Positions 21,009-32,134 are shown, counted from the stretch's first letter. The stretch is DNA of 56,366 bases from Aquificaceae bacterium (GCA_037925805.1 JAXSOH010000001.1:27748-84113); one strand, 5' to 3'. Notes: generated by a model from the sequence alone, not told the origin. Translations and numbers: made by a program.

Positions 21009-21752
21009 TTAGTTTATAAGCTTATTAAGGTCTTCCTCCGTTGGAAGCCCTGAATGCATTTTCCCATTCATGCCTATAAAGGTTGGTGTTCCACCTATGC
21101 CAAGCTTATCCATAAGTTCAAGGTTTGCCTCGACTGCCTTTTTGCCCTCTTCACACTGGTTTTGAGAAACATACCCTTCTGAGTATTCCTTAAAGCCCTT
21201 CTTGTCGCATATTACTGACACTGCTTTACCAAAGGCTTCTGGGTGTATGGGAAGGGGGAAGAATATGAGCCTTATCTGGACGTTATTTTTCTTTGCCCAC
21301 TCCTCTACTATTGGGTTGCTCCTTTTACAGAAGGGGCAGTCTGGGTCTGTTATAAAGTATATATACTTGCTTCCTTCTCCATGTTTCACATTTACATGCT
21401 TTTCTAACTCTTTAAGCTGGTCTGCGGATACCTTCATAAACTCCTGCTGTCTATCTCTGGTTATATTCTTTTTGTCTTTTACGCTTATCAGATTGCCAGC
21501 AAGCAAGTATTCACCTTTGCCGTCCATATAGAAAACTAAAGGCTGTGACCCAACCTTTATAACTACTTCACAAAGACCACTTATGTTTTGCATCTGGGAT
21601 ACAGATTCAACGCTAAAGTCTTTAGGTATAAACTCCTTCACAGAGGTTTTGACTTGCTCCTTTGTAGGACAAGTAGTTGAGCCTTGTCCACAAGCACTAA
21701 AAGAAAATACCGCAGGCATAACCGCTGAGAGAAAAACTGCTTTTTTCAACAT
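21009..21752 (-). CDS. dsbC: DsbC-family thiol:disulfide isomerase, probable lipoprotein
   Basis: TDPDCPFC, GTPT; lipobox-like FSAC; ATG at 21752 with GGAGG SD. Confidence 0.85.
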   Translation of the reverse strand: MLKKAVFLSAVMPAVFSFSACGQGSTTCPTKEQVKTSVKEFIPKDFSVESVSQMQNISGLCEVVIKVGSQPLVFYMDGKGEYLLAGNLISVKDKKNITRDRQQEFMKVSADQLKELEKHVNVKHGEGSKYIYFITDPDCPFCKRSNPIVEEWAKKNNVQIRLIFFPLPIHPEAFGKAVSVICDKKGFKEYSEGYVSQNQCEEGKKAVEANLELMDKLGIGGTPTFIGMNGKMHSGLPTEEDLNKLIN

Positions 21753-21772
21753 AATACCTCCTTTGGAGTTCA

Positions 21773-22297
21773 TTATAAAGTAAAAGTGTAGTTTCTGCAA
21801 GCATGAATTATATTCTTTGCAAGCAAGGAGGGGTCTATCGTCCCATCAAGCTCAAGGTGGGCTTTGCCATAAATTTTAGACCTGCTTTCAAAGAGTTTAA
21901 GAAGGTCTTCCTTGCTCTTTCTTAAAAGGGGTCTTGATGGGTCTTTCCCGCATCTTTCCAAAAAAGTTTCAAAAGCCACTCTTAGCCAAACAACAAGACC
22001 TGAGCTTTTCATTAGCTCCATAGCTTCGGGGTTGCTACCCAACCCACCTCCTGTGCTTATGACAAGTCCCTCATCTTTTACCAAATCCATAAGAACCTCT
22101 AACTCACGCTTTCTAAAATAGTCTTCTCCCTTGGTTTCAAATATCTCAGGTATACTCATCTTTTCTGTCTTTTCAACTTCCTTGTCTATGTCCACAAACC
22201 GCCAGCCTAACATGTCCGCAAGAAGTTTACCCACGGTGCTCTTTCCACTACACATAAAACCTACGAGAAAAACTCTCTTACAGTTCATGTCTAACAA
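21773..22297 (-). CDS. aroK: Shikimate kinase
   Basis: GFMCSGKST P-loop, GEDYFR, STGGG, RPLL. Confidence 0.95.
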   Translation of the reverse strand: MLDMNCKRVFLVGFMCSGKSTVGKLLADMLGWRFVDIDKEVEKTEKMSIPEIFETKGEDYFRKRELEVLMDLVKDEGLVISTGGGLGSNPEAMELMKSSGLVVWLRVAFETFLERCGKDPSRPLLRKSKEDLLKLFESRSKIYGKAHLELDGTIDPSLLAKNIIHACRNYTFTL

Positions 22298-23036
22298 AGA
22301 TTATGTTAAGCACAGTAAAAACCATACCAAGTATAATGGCGTAAGATAGGGTTTTGGGCTTTATTCTTTTGAGAAGGTTGAGGTGAACTATTAATGCATA
22401 GTATGTCCACAGGTATAGCACAAAGACGAGCTTTGGGTCGCTTACCCAGTGTTTTCCAAAAAAGCTCCTGCTCCAAAAGCTTCCAAAGATAAGGGTAAGC
22501 GTAAAGAAAAGAAAGCTTAGGTTCATAGAAAGCCTCTCCGCTCCTCTGAGAAGGTTAAGAGGCATAAAAAAGCCTGTTATATTTTTGTGTTTTAGCCTTG
22601 TTTCAAGAAAGAGTTTTAATATGGATGAGAAACCACCTAAGAAAGCAAATGCGTAGGATGCAAGTGCAGAGGTAATATGGAGGCTATACAGAGGACTTCT
22701 GTAGGGTGAGGGCTCTGCAGGCATAGCAAGTAGATTGGAAAGTATTCCAAATATGGCAAAGAAGGCAGAAAACTTCCAAAGATGTTCGTATCTAAAGGAG
22801 GCAAGTATTAGGATGCTTAGTATTACATTCCCCAAGAGAGAATAAAAGCCGTATATGTCCGCAAAAGGAAAACTGCGAACCTTGAGAGAAAGGGTGCTCG
22901 TGTGAAGTATATAAAATATCAAGGCGGAAGATAAAAAAAGACGGGTGAGTTCTCTAACTCTGTTTATAAAGTAAGAAGCCAAGGAGGACACAAATGCCAA
23001 AAAGTAAAATACCACGCTAAGAATAAGCAAGGACAT
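22278..23036 (-). CDS. Cytochrome c assembly protein (CcsA/CcmC superfamily)
   Basis: Multi-TM, conserved His, GSFWS..FFG.HW..DPK WWD-like domain. Confidence 0.8.
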   Translation of the reverse strand: MSLLILSVVFYFLAFVSSLASYFINRVRELTRLFLSSALIFYILHTSTLSLKVRSFPFADIYGFYSLLGNVILSILILASFRYEHLWKFSAFFAIFGILSNLLAMPAEPSPYRSPLYSLHITSALASYAFAFLGGFSSILKLFLETRLKHKNITGFFMPLNLLRGAERLSMNLSFLFFTLTLIFGSFWSRSFFGKHWVSDPKLVFVLYLWTYYALIVHLNLLKRIKPKTLSYAIILGMVFTVLNIIFVRHEL

Positions 23037-23051
23037 GTAAGATAGTTTATC

Positions 23052-23405
23052 ATGGTAGGCATAGACATAGTAAGCAATCAGAGGATAAAGTCTGCAGTGG
23101 AAAGGTTTGGGGAGAGATTCCTTAAACGCGTTTACACAGAAGAAGAGCTGAGATACTGTATGGGTCAGCAGGCCTTTTATGAATGTCTCTCTGCACGGTG
23201 GGCTTGCAAAGAAGCGGTGCTAAAAGCCTTTTATCAAGTCTATGGTGTGGTTCTCAAGTTTTCAGAGATAGAAGTCTTTGGTGATAGAGGGAAGCCTGCA
23301 AAGGTGAGAATACTTAAAAGAGGCTACGAAGATGTGAAGGTTTTGGTCTCCTTGTCTCACGAAAGAGAATTCTCTGTGGCAGTTGCTTATGTTTTAAAGG
23401 AGTAG
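23052..23405 (+). CDS. acpS: Holo-ACP synthase
   Basis: GIDIV, RWACKEA, SLSH. Confidence 0.93.
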   Translation: MVGIDIVSNQRIKSAVERFGERFLKRVYTEEELRYCMGQQAFYECLSARWACKEAVLKAFYQVYGVVLKFSEIEVFGDRGKPAKVRILKRGYEDVKVLVSLSHEREFSVAVAYVLKE

Positions 23406-24187
23406 AAGGGCCACATGTGATTGAGAGGTCCATGTCCTTTGCCAATAGGTAGGGAATTCTCTATGGCTTTTTGAATGTATTCCTTTGCCATACGGACGGA
23501 GTCTATGAGGCTGTATCCCTTTGCCAGATAGGAAGTTATAGCAGAGGAGAAGGTGCACCCAGTGCCATGGGTGTTTTTTGTCTTTATAAACCTACCCCTC
23601 AGGTATTCAAAACTCTGCCCATCGTAAAATACATCCACCGACTCCTTGCCTTCCATATGTCCTCCCTTTACCACCACCGCAGAGGGACCATAAGAAAGTA
23701 TTTTCTTACAAGCTCCTTCCATGTCTTCAAGGCTTCTTATTTCAAAACCACATAGTTCCTCTGCTTCTGGAATGTTTGGAGTCACCACAAGAGAAAGGGG
23801 AAGGATTTCTCTTATAAGCGTTTCTCTTGCAGATTGCTTTAGTAATGGGTCTCCAGACTTTGCTCTCATTACAGGGTCAACCACGAGCTTTTCAATCTTT
23901 GCGTCCTTTATAGCCTTTGCCACTGCCCTTATTATATCTTCATTGGAGAGCATACCAGTTTTGCAGGCATCCACGCCTATGTCCTCAACCACAACCTTTA
24001 TCTGTTCGTAAACCACCTCTGGGGGAAGGTCTACAACTTGGTAAACTCCCACTGTGTTCTGGACGGTTATAGAAGTTATAGCACTCATACCGTAAACACC
24101 AAGCACGGTAAAGGTTTTTAGGTCAGCCTGTATTCCAGCACCGCCACCGCTATCAGAGCCAGCTACGGTCAAAGCTTTTGGGATCAT
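23387..24187 (-). CDS. thiD: Hydroxymethylpyrimidine/phosphomethylpyrimidine kinase
   Basis: AGSDSGGGAGIQADLKT, TPNIPE, THGTGC. Confidence 0.96.
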   Translation of the reverse strand: MIPKALTVAGSDSGGGAGIQADLKTFTVLGVYGMSAITSITVQNTVGVYQVVDLPPEVVYEQIKVVVEDIGVDACKTGMLSNEDIIRAVAKAIKDAKIEKLVVDPVMRAKSGDPLLKQSARETLIREILPLSLVVTPNIPEAEELCGFEIRSLEDMEGACKKILSYGPSAVVVKGGHMEGKESVDVFYDGQSFEYLRGRFIKTKNTHGTGCTFSSAITSYLAKGYSLIDSVRMAKEYIQKAIENSLPIGKGHGPLNHMWPFYSFKT

Positions 24188-26520
24188 TAGAAATAAAATC
24201 CTAACACAAAGTGTATTCTGCTTCTTGACTCATCGCCTGGCACTTTTTTCGTTTTAAAAGCCCAGTCTAACTTTATGGGAGCAATGGGTGTCACAAACCT
24301 TATTCCCGCACCATAGCCACCCCTGAGGTTTTCCCTTTTTAGCTCATTCCAGTCGTTAAATCCAAGCCCTGTATCGTAGAAGACTCCAAGGTATAGTATG
24401 TCCTTATATAGTGGATAGTTTGCTTCTGTAGTTACGATAACTTGCTTTTTTGAACCTATGGGGTCTTTTGTGTTAGGGTCAAGAGGTCCTGCGTAGCCGT
24501 ATCTATAGCCTCTTATGGTAAAATCACCTCCTACGAAAAACCTCTCATCTAATGGCACTCTTTTACCACCGTAGGGTTCAACAATACCCACAGAACCTCT
24601 AAGAGCGAGTATAAAACCAGTATCAAGCCACACATCTTTGAAAAATTGCTGATGAGAAAGTGTAATTCTGTTGAACTTTTCGTTTCCTCCCAACACAGAC
24701 ACTGCCACTGCGTAGCCCAGCTCTGTAAGAGAACCGCTTGAAGGAAACAGGTAATTGTCCCTTGTGTCCCTGCTAAGACCAAAGGTTAGCTTTCTTGATT
24801 CTCTCGTCCCAGCCTCTCCCTTTACAAGGGGTGAGGCATCAAGGGATATATTGCTGTATTTCACCTTTTGAAAGCTAACGCCTGCACTTGCTCTCCAGAA
24901 CTCCGCAAACTCCCTTGAGAGGATAAAATCTACACCAGTCCTTTCTACTGTGTATGTGCTGTATTCTACCCTTCTGTCATAAACAGAGGTTGTGAGGTCT
25001 ATGGGTTGGTTCAGGAACCATTTCTTTGTATAAGAGAAGGCATTTTCTTTAAACCTACTTCCATAGGATAAGGATATGCCTATTATGTCACCTGTTCCAA
25101 GAAAATTGCCCTTACGCAGAGATACAAATCCAGAAAGTCCTGTTACCTGGTTATAGCCAAGTCCTACAGAAAACTGCCCTGTGAACCTTTCTCTTACCCT
25201 TGCGGTGAAGTCCCAATTATTACCAAAAGATGGAAATGGCTCTATAGAAACATCCTGATAGTATCCAAGGTTAAAAATCCTCGTCCTTGAACGCTCTATC
25301 TCCCTTTGATTTGCCAGCTCACCTTCTTGGAATCTCAATTCTCTCCTTATCACATAATCCCTTGACTCATAGTTGCCTTGGACTTCTATTCTATCTACAT
25401 AAATAGGTTCGCCTTCCTGAAGTTTCAAGGTCACGTTAACCTTCTTGTTTTCACTATCCACTCTTTCCACTTCCTCTACAAAGACTCCAAGAAATCCTAT
25501 CTCTGAGTAGCGTCTTCTTAAGTTTCCCTTTATCTTGTCTATAACTTCCCTTCTGTAGTAGCCACCTCTGTTTTTCCTAAGTAGGTCTCCCACCAGCTCA
25601 GAGTAGGCATACAGAGTGTTGCCTTCTATTCTTAGGTCAGATAGTTTGTATCTTTGTCCCTCTTGTATTTTTATGTCTATCTCATATCTGTTTCCTTCCT
25701 TCTTTATTGAATAGTTCACCTGTGCCTCAAGAAAGCCCTCGGAGCGATAGAAATCTCTTATCTTTTTTACATCTTCTTTTAGCACATCCTCACTAAAGGG
25801 TGGTTTAAACCTGAAGGCAAAAGGGTTAACTGGCTTTGTTTCCATCAGTTCAAGAAGCCTGCCTCTGCTGAAGCTCTGGTTTCCTATGAAGTTTATACTA
25901 CTTACGTACTCTGGCTCTCCCTCCACTATTTTGTAGACCACTTTTGATGCTCCCTTCTTTGGGACAAGCTCGTAGCTTACCTCAACATTTGGATATCCTT
26001 CCTTTAGGTATGCTTCTACTATTCTCTTTTTTATAAACTCTAACTCCTCACGGGTAAGCACCCTTCCGAGCCTGAGCCTTCTTTGAATTTCCAGTCTTTC
26101 TTCTATTGCAGGCGATGATGTAAATCCTCTTGTAATCTCATCTGGGTCTATTTTGCCTATTTCTGTTTCTATACCTATCTTCCTTTCAAGTTCATCAGAC
26201 TTTATTTTTTTATTGCCTGTGAACTCTATTTTGTATATAACAGGCAAGTCCTTTACTTTGTACGTAAGCACCACATCATCGCCTACCCTTTCTTCGTAGA
26301 CCTCCACCTGGTCAAAAAAGCCAGTCCTATACATGCGTCTTATGCTTTCCCTGACCATATCTGGGCTATATAGACTACCCTGCCTTAGATTTATTAGCCC
26401 AAGTATCACATCCTCTGGCACAAACTGTGCACCTTCTACCTTTACTTCCCTTATGACCCCCGCCAAAGAGAAACTAAAGAGAAAAAAGACAAACAAAAAA
26501 GCCCTAAACAATAACCACAC
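24187..26520 (-). CDS. bamA: Outer membrane protein assembly factor BamA
   Basis: Signal peptide, POTRA repeats, IRGY motif, terminal Phe; GTG start at 26520 after a purine-rich SD. Confidence 0.92.
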   Translation of the reverse strand: MWLLFRAFLFVFFLFSFSLAGVIREVKVEGAQFVPEDVILGLINLRQGSLYSPDMVRESIRRMYRTGFFDQVEVYEERVGDDVVLTYKVKDLPVIYKIEFTGNKKIKSDELERKIGIETEIGKIDPDEITRGFTSSPAIEERLEIQRRLRLGRVLTREELEFIKKRIVEAYLKEGYPNVEVSYELVPKKGASKVVYKIVEGEPEYVSSINFIGNQSFSRGRLLELMETKPVNPFAFRFKPPFSEDVLKEDVKKIRDFYRSEGFLEAQVNYSIKKEGNRYEIDIKIQEGQRYKLSDLRIEGNTLYAYSELVGDLLRKNRGGYYRREVIDKIKGNLRRRYSEIGFLGVFVEEVERVDSENKKVNVTLKLQEGEPIYVDRIEVQGNYESRDYVIRRELRFQEGELANQREIERSRTRIFNLGYYQDVSIEPFPSFGNNWDFTARVRERFTGQFSVGLGYNQVTGLSGFVSLRKGNFLGTGDIIGISLSYGSRFKENAFSYTKKWFLNQPIDLTTSVYDRRVEYSTYTVERTGVDFILSREFAEFWRASAGVSFQKVKYSNISLDASPLVKGEAGTRESRKLTFGLSRDTRDNYLFPSSGSLTELGYAVAVSVLGGNEKFNRITLSHQQFFKDVWLDTGFILALRGSVGIVEPYGGKRVPLDERFFVGGDFTIRGYRYGYAGPLDPNTKDPIGSKKQVIVTTEANYPLYKDILYLGVFYDTGLGFNDWNELKRENLRGGYGAGIRFVTPIAPIKLDWAFKTKKVPGDESRSRIHFVLGFYF

Positions 26521-27505
26521 TCCTCTTATCCTCCTCAACAAAACCGCAAACAAAGGAAGAATAAACCCTACTAAGAACTGTAGGCATATCTTCCTTCTCA
26601 ACAACCACCATAAAACCCACGCCCATGTTAAAGGTCTTAAACATTTCTTCCTCCTGTATTTTTCCTAAATCCCTTATCCAGTCAAACACTGGGTTTTTTG
26701 GAATTTTATCCTTTTCCACGACCGCCTTTAGACCCTCTGGAAGTATTCTAACAAGATTCCCCGGGATACCGCCACCTGTTATGTGAGCCATTCCTTTTAT
26801 CCTTACGCCAGAAGATTTCAGTGCACGCACTTCTTGTAGGTATATTTTAGTGGGTTCTAAAAGCACTTCCCAGACCTCTCTGCCTTCAAATTTATCGTGA
26901 TAACTTACACCACAGTCTTCTAACACCTTTCTTATAAGGCTGTATCCGTTGCTATGAAACCCGCTTGAAGGAAAACCTATTATAACATCTCCGGGTTTAA
27001 TGTTCTCTCCAGTAATGAGCTCTTCTTCCTCGCACACTCCAAGACAGAAACCCGCAAGGTCATACACACCTTCTGGATAAAAGTCTGGCATCTCTGCAGT
27101 CTCTCCGCCCACAAGGGACACTTCTGCAAGCCTACAACCCTCCACTATACCATCCATAAGCTCCTTCATAATCTTGAGGTCTATCCTGCCTGTCGCTATA
27201 TAGTCAAGAAAAGCCATAGGATTTGCACCAGTGGTCAAAAGGTCGTTTACGTTCATAGCAACAAGGTCTATACCCACCGTGTTGTGAACGTCTACCGCCT
27301 GAGCTACTTTTAGCTTTGTTCCCACACCATCGGTTGTAAGCATAAGGACAGGGTTCTTGTAGCCCTTGAGTTTTACACCGCTGGCAAAGGAGCCAAAGAG
27401 TAGAGCTTGCTGAGGCAAGGTCTTTAGCTTTTCCTTTATATATTCCACAAAGACTTCCGCCTTTTCTATGCTAACTCCAGCCTTTTCGTAAGTCCATTCA
27501 CCCAT
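26504..27505 (-). CDS. purM: Phosphoribosylformylglycinamidine cyclo-ligase
   Basis: DGVGTK, GGETAEMP, HSNGYSL, HITGGG, TFNMG. Confidence 0.97.
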   Translation of the reverse strand: MGEWTYEKAGVSIEKAEVFVEYIKEKLKTLPQQALLFGSFASGVKLKGYKNPVLMLTTDGVGTKLKVAQAVDVHNTVGIDLVAMNVNDLLTTGANPMAFLDYIATGRIDLKIMKELMDGIVEGCRLAEVSLVGGETAEMPDFYPEGVYDLAGFCLGVCEEEELITGENIKPGDVIIGFPSSGFHSNGYSLIRKVLEDCGVSYHDKFEGREVWEVLLEPTKIYLQEVRALKSSGVRIKGMAHITGGGIPGNLVRILPEGLKAVVEKDKIPKNPVFDWIRDLGKIQEEEMFKTFNMGVGFMVVVEKEDMPTVLSRVYSSFVCGFVEEDKRSVVIV

Positions 27506-28058
27506 GGAAATAAAACTCCTCTATTACAGTGTATATGGGTCCCACAGAGGTCAGAGAGCTTTTTACAAGTGCCACTCTGTCCACAAGGTCTTCTCCAAAG
27601 AGAGTGTTTTCCTGCTGACGCAGGAGGTCTTTGAGGGCTCTTTTATCAAACTCCTTTATCCTACATATGGTTACATGTGGGTGAAAGGGTTTGCCCTCGT
27701 CCTTTATGCCTACCTGTCTGTTTGCCCTTGTTATGCTCTTGGCAAGGTCTATAAGCTGTCTATGACCCTCTGATACACCTATCCAAAGAACCCTAGCTCT
27801 GTCAAGGCTTGGAAAGACTCCTAAGCCCTTATACTTTACCCTTATGGGTTTATTAGATTGTGCTATTTCCTGAAGAGTTTTCAAAAGATCTGTGAGCCTT
27901 TCTTGTTGTATGTCACCTATAAACTGAAAGGTCATATGAAAGTTTTGTGGCTCAACCCATTTTCCCCTTATAAACCTTTCACTTTGGACTTGTAGCTTTT
28001 CCACAGCCTCCTGTATCTTCTTGGTGGTAAAAAAACCCACAAATACCCTTATCATCAC
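27498..28058 (-). CDS. thpR: RNA 2',3'-cyclic phosphodiesterase (2H family)
   Basis: Two HxT motifs (HMT, PHVT), RVLWIG. Confidence 0.9.
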   Translation of the reverse strand: MMIRVFVGFFTTKKIQEAVEKLQVQSERFIRGKWVEPQNFHMTFQFIGDIQQERLTDLLKTLQEIAQSNKPIRVKYKGLGVFPSLDRARVLWIGVSEGHRQLIDLAKSITRANRQVGIKDEGKPFHPHVTICRIKEFDKRALKDLLRQQENTLFGEDLVDRVALVKSSLTSVGPIYTVIEEFYFHG

Positions 28059-28600
28059 CAGTACCTAAAAGGTCCAGTGTCAAGATGCACAAAGCCAGAC
28101 CTTGGATAGTATCCCACACCGCCAGCCCTTAGGCTAACCGCAAGGTCTCTTAACTGGCTTAGGTTCATACCCTCTAACCTTATGTCTATCGCCTTTCCAT
28201 GCGTGTGATAGCTATCTTTAGCTACACCCCTTTTTACTCTGCTAAGGTAGGCGTTGGTAGACGGAGACCTGTATCCAGATATTATCTCTATCCTTTCCCT
28301 TTCAGATAGCTTAGTTATGAGATACACAAGGTCAAGAAGTCCTACGTCTATTGGAGCAACCTCTCCGTTTCTGTAGTCTCTCAAAATCCAGTTTATTTCC
28401 CTAAGGGAACTTTCTATATACTCTCCGTCTATCCAATAAGCAACCTTGAGGCTCTCACCTGTGTTTATTGAGTAAAAGTCAAGATACCTCGCTCCCTCTG
28501 AAATGCCTTTAATCCCAAGAACTGAGGCATAAGACAGAGAACCTGTCATAAGCAGGCATCCTATGTATCCCATTGACTTTAAAAGCTCTCTTCTTGTCAT
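28055..28600 (-). CDS. YcbK/MepK (DUF882) peptidase M15 family, Tat signal
   Basis: TRRELLK, ISGYRSP, SYH...AID, FVHLDTG. Confidence 0.9.
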   Translation of the reverse strand: MTRRELLKSMGYIGCLLMTGSLSYASVLGIKGISEGARYLDFYSINTGESLKVAYWIDGEYIESSLREINWILRDYRNGEVAPIDVGLLDLVYLITKLSERERIEIISGYRSPSTNAYLSRVKRGVAKDSYHTHGKAIDIRLEGMNLSQLRDLAVSLRAGGVGYYPRSGFVHLDTGPFRYW

Positions 28601-30108
28601 TTCTTACCTCCAGAACCAAAGAATGCACGAGACAAAATTGTATCATACCCATAAAGGTCTTCTCTAAAATGGAGCATACCATCTCTTTCAAAGGCAGTAA
28701 AATAGAGTATGTATATAGGAACTGGTGGGTTAACCCTTAGAGCTTGGGTCTGTCCGCTTTTTATGAGACTTTCTATCCTACGGTCATTCCAGCCTTCTCC
28801 CAATATTGCGAAAGCCAGCTGTCTTGCCTTTTCCACCCTTATACATCCAGAGCTAAAGGCTCTCTTAGTATGTCTAAAAAGGTGTCTTTCTGGTGTGTCG
28901 TGCAAGTAAACCGCAAAGGCGTTGGGAAAGTTAAACTTTATGGTGCCAAGTGCGTTTCTTGCACCAGGTTCCTGCACCAGCCTAAAGGGAAAGTTCCTTT
29001 CGTTATATTGGCTCCAGTCCACCTGCAGTGGGTCTATCTCCCCCTCTCCACGGAATACTCTAAAGCCTTTCCTTGTAAGATACTCTGGGTTTTTCTTTAC
29101 CTTTGGAAGTATATCCTTTGTTGATATACTTACAGGCACATACCACTTTGGGTTTACTGTAATGCTTTCTATCCTGCTGTAGAGCATGGGTGTGGGTCTG
29201 AAGTCTTGTATATAATTCCTGCCTACTATCACTTTTGAATGAAGTTTTATAGAGCCACCTTCTATAAGAAAAAGCTCAAAAGAAGGCACGTTTACCACAA
29301 CAGCTCTCTTAAAGTCCTCCGGTAGCCAGCGGTGTTTTTCAAGGTTTAGGTATATTTGTCTAAGCCTATCTCTTGGACTTATGTTCAACTCCGCAAGGGT
29401 CTTTTGGTCTATAATTCCGTTTTCTGGCAGACCGTGCCTTTTTTGGAAGGTTTTTACCCCTTGGAGCAATAGGTCATCAAAACTCTCAGATGGACTATAC
29501 TCCTGCAAGTCTCCCAAGAGAAAGAGCCTAAATCTTATCTCGTCAAGACACGGACTTTTATCCCCATAGCGCAGAGGCTTTGCAGTCTTTATGGGTCTCC
29601 ATTCAAAGTCGGACAAGTTCTGATAAAACTTAGCCTGCTCCACTAAAAACCAATAGTCCTTACTTTTGGGAGCAAGCTCGTAGAAAAAATCCTTAAGCCT
29701 CTCCTCTTTTATGAGATTTGCAAGCACCTGAAGGACCCTGTCCCCTTTGGGTGGAACCGCCCAACCCTTGTATAGCTCAAAGGGTCTGGCTCTTCCATAA
29801 TAAAGATGGTAAGCAAGTTTTATGAAAGTGTCTGTGGTAGCAAGCTCTGGGTCAATACCTTCAGGAAGTTTGTAGCTTTCCGGGTCAAGCCCGTGGTAGA
29901 CAGCAGAAGAAAGTATTTCTTGGAGTTTTTGTAGGTTCTCCGTTGGCTCACCTTCACAATACCATATACAGTTGACATTAAGAAGTTTATAGAGCTGGTG
30001 GACTTTCTGAGGGTTTGACAGCTTTAAAAAGCTTTCCCTCAGCTTTTTCTCGTTGGCTGAAGTCACACCTAAGAACAAAAGAATAAGTAAAAAGAAAACG
30101 ACCGCCAT
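28597..30108 (-). CDS. L,D-transpeptidase (YcbB/LdtD-like) with peptidoglycan-binding domain
   Basis: FQKRHGL, NALGTIKF, YLHDTP...SSGCIR catalytic His/Cys. Confidence 0.9.
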   Translation of the reverse strand: MAVVFFLLILLFLGVTSANEKKLRESFLKLSNPQKVHQLYKLLNVNCIWYCEGEPTENLQKLQEILSSAVYHGLDPESYKLPEGIDPELATTDTFIKLAYHLYYGRARPFELYKGWAVPPKGDRVLQVLANLIKEERLKDFFYELAPKSKDYWFLVEQAKFYQNLSDFEWRPIKTAKPLRYGDKSPCLDEIRFRLFLLGDLQEYSPSESFDDLLLQGVKTFQKRHGLPENGIIDQKTLAELNISPRDRLRQIYLNLEKHRWLPEDFKRAVVVNVPSFELFLIEGGSIKLHSKVIVGRNYIQDFRPTPMLYSRIESITVNPKWYVPVSISTKDILPKVKKNPEYLTRKGFRVFRGEGEIDPLQVDWSQYNERNFPFRLVQEPGARNALGTIKFNFPNAFAVYLHDTPERHLFRHTKRAFSSGCIRVEKARQLAFAILGEGWNDRRIESLIKSGQTQALRVNPPVPIYILYFTAFERDGMLHFREDLYGYDTILSRAFFGSGGKK

Positions 30109-30125
30109 TGGCGGTCTATATTATA

Positions 30126-31991
30126 TCATATAGGCTTTCCCTCTATAACGTCTCCACCTTCACCCTTTTGTGTGGTCTGCTCTTGATAAAAATAGCTTCC
30201 CAACTTGCCTGCAGTCTCAAGCACTCCTTCAGTAGCCCTTCTTACTTCCTGCACATCCTGAGAGCTTGCAAAAACCCTTTTTGCCTCTTCTATAGTCCTT
30301 TCTGCCTCTGAGACCATATCTGCGGGTAATTTTTCTCTGTTTTCCTTGAGAACCTTCTCAAGGTTGTAAACATGCTGGTCAAGCTGGTTTTTGGCTTCCA
30401 CCAGCTCCTTCTTTTTCTTGTCCTCTTCTTCGTGGAGCTGAGCATCTTTTACCATCTTTTCTATCTCTTCCTGCGTGAGACCCGAGGATGCTTGAACTCT
30501 TATGGACTGCTCTTTACCTGTCCCTAAGTCCTTTGCGGTCACATGCAATATACCATCCACGTCTATGTCAAAGCACACCTCTATTTTTGGAACGCCTCTG
30601 GGTGCTGGCGGTATGCCAGTTAGGTAGAACTTACCCAAGGATTTGTTGTCCCTTGCCATAGGACGCTCACCTTGTAGCACATGGATTTCCACCTCTGTCT
30701 GGTAGTCGCTGGCGGTGGTAAAGGTTTCACACTTTCTGTAGGGTATGGGCGTATTTCTGGGTATAAGAACCGTCATAACACCACCGTAAGTTTCCACACC
30801 AAGAGACAGAGGAGTAACGTCCACAAGGAGTATTTCCTTGACCTCTCCAGAGAGCACGCCTGCCTGTATGGCAGCACCCACCGCCACAACTTCGTCTGGG
30901 TTTACACCCTTATGTGGTTCTTTCCCAAAGAAATCCTTTATCTTTTGCTGAACAAGAGGAATCCTCGTAGAACCTCCCACAAGCACCACATCGTCAATAT
31001 CCTGAGGTCTTAGCTTGGCATCCTCAAGGGCTTTTTTCACAATATCCATAGTCCTGTCTACAAGGTCTTTTATCATCTCTTCAAGTCTTGCCCTTGTGAG
31101 CCTTTTCTGCAAGTGCAAGGGTTGATTGGTAGATGGGTCTATAGTTATGAAGGGTAGGTTTATCTCTGTTTCCAACTTAAAGGAGAGCTCCTTCTTTGCC
31201 TGCTCGCTGGCTTCCTTTAGTCTTTGTAAGGCTGTCCTGTCCTTTCTTAGGTCAACACCCGTTTCTTTTTTGAACTCCTCTATGAGCCAATCCATTACCC
31301 TTTCGTCTATGTTTGCACCACCAAGGTGTGTATCTCCTGCGGTAGCCTTGACCTCTATTACTCCTTCTCCACCTTCAAGGATAGAAACATCAAAAGTTCC
31401 ACCACCAAAGTCGTAGACAAGTATCTTTACATCGCTTTTCTTATCAAGTCCGTAGGCAAGTGCTGCAGCGGTTGGCTCATTGAGGATTCTGAGCACCTCA
31501 AGACCTGCTATCTTACCCGCATCTTTTGTAGCTTGCCTTTGCCTTTCGTTAAAGTAAGCAGGGACTGTTATAACCGCCTTGGTTATCTTCTCTCCAAGGT
31601 ATGCCTCCGCAGCTTCCTTTAGCTTTTTGAGGACTTGAGCACCCACCTCTTCTGGACGGACTATCCTGCCTATGTTGGGCATCTCAAAGCTGGCGTCTCC
31701 CTTATCATCAGCAGTCACCTTGTAGGAGACGCGTTTTGCTTCATCAAGCACCTCTTCGTATTTTCTACCTATGAACCTTTTGGACTCGTATATGGTGTTT
31801 TCTGGGTCAAGTATGGCACGCCTTTTTGCAGGCTCTCCTATAAGCACCTCCTTTTCCTTTGTCCAAGAAACCACAGAGGGCGTAAGTCTTGAACCCTCCT
31901 GATTGGCAATAACCACAGGTTCATCACCCACCATCACCGCCACCACAGAGTTTGTTGTCCCAAGGTCTATTCCTATGATCTTCTCCGCCAT
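30126..31991 (-). CDS. dnaK: Chaperone DnaK (Hsp70)
   Basis: [32 protein letters not shown]; true start MAEK at 31991 with GGAGG SD. Confidence 0.98.
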   Translation of the reverse strand: MAEKIIGIDLGTTNSVVAVMVGDEPVVIANQEGSRLTPSVVSWTKEKEVLIGEPAKRRAILDPENTIYESKRFIGRKYEEVLDEAKRVSYKVTADDKGDASFEMPNIGRIVRPEEVGAQVLKKLKEAAEAYLGEKITKAVITVPAYFNERQRQATKDAGKIAGLEVLRILNEPTAAALAYGLDKKSDVKILVYDFGGGTFDVSILEGGEGVIEVKATAGDTHLGGANIDERVMDWLIEEFKKETGVDLRKDRTALQRLKEASEQAKKELSFKLETEINLPFITIDPSTNQPLHLQKRLTRARLEEMIKDLVDRTMDIVKKALEDAKLRPQDIDDVVLVGGSTRIPLVQQKIKDFFGKEPHKGVNPDEVVAVGAAIQAGVLSGEVKEILLVDVTPLSLGVETYGGVMTVLIPRNTPIPYRKCETFTTASDYQTEVEIHVLQGERPMARDNKSLGKFYLTGIPPAPRGVPKIEVCFDIDVDGILHVTAKDLGTGKEQSIRVQASSGLTQEEIEKMVKDAQLHEEEDKKKKELVEAKNQLDQHVYNLEKVLKENREKLPADMVSEAERTIEEAKRVFASSQDVQEVRRATEGVLETAGKLGSYFYQEQTTQKGEGGDVIEGKPI

Positions 31992-32021
31992 AAAACACCT
32001 CCTTTGTAGAGTGTGGTATCT

Positions 32022-32050
32022 AATATAAAACTTTAGCAGGGTTTTGTCAA
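32022..32050 (-). promoter_or_regulatory. sigma70-type promoter of dnaK
   Basis: Minus strand: TTGACA (32050-45), 17 nt, TATATT (32027-22). Confidence 0.65.
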
Positions 32051-32134
32051 GTTTTTTATGTGAGGTTTTTAGAAGTTGTCTGGAGATGGGCTTTATGGTA
32101 AAATTCAAGAAAAATACTCCTTTGAGAAACAAAG

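Noticed and set aside
27498-28058. 2H phosphoesterase as a possible cyclic-nucleotide-degrading CRISPR accessory
   Set aside because: It lies 16 kb from the cas genes in a housekeeping operon (ldt-mepK-thpR-purM-bamA) and looks like an ordinary ThpR.
30101-30115. Palindrome ACCGCCA-T-TGGCGGT over the L,D-transpeptidase start, just after dnaK
   Set aside because: One-base loop and no U-tract, so a terminator call is not supported; function unknown.
31992-32060. CIRCE element upstream of dnaK
   Set aside because: No TTAGCACTC-N9-GAGTGCTAA inverted repeat is visible; only a sigma70-like promoter.
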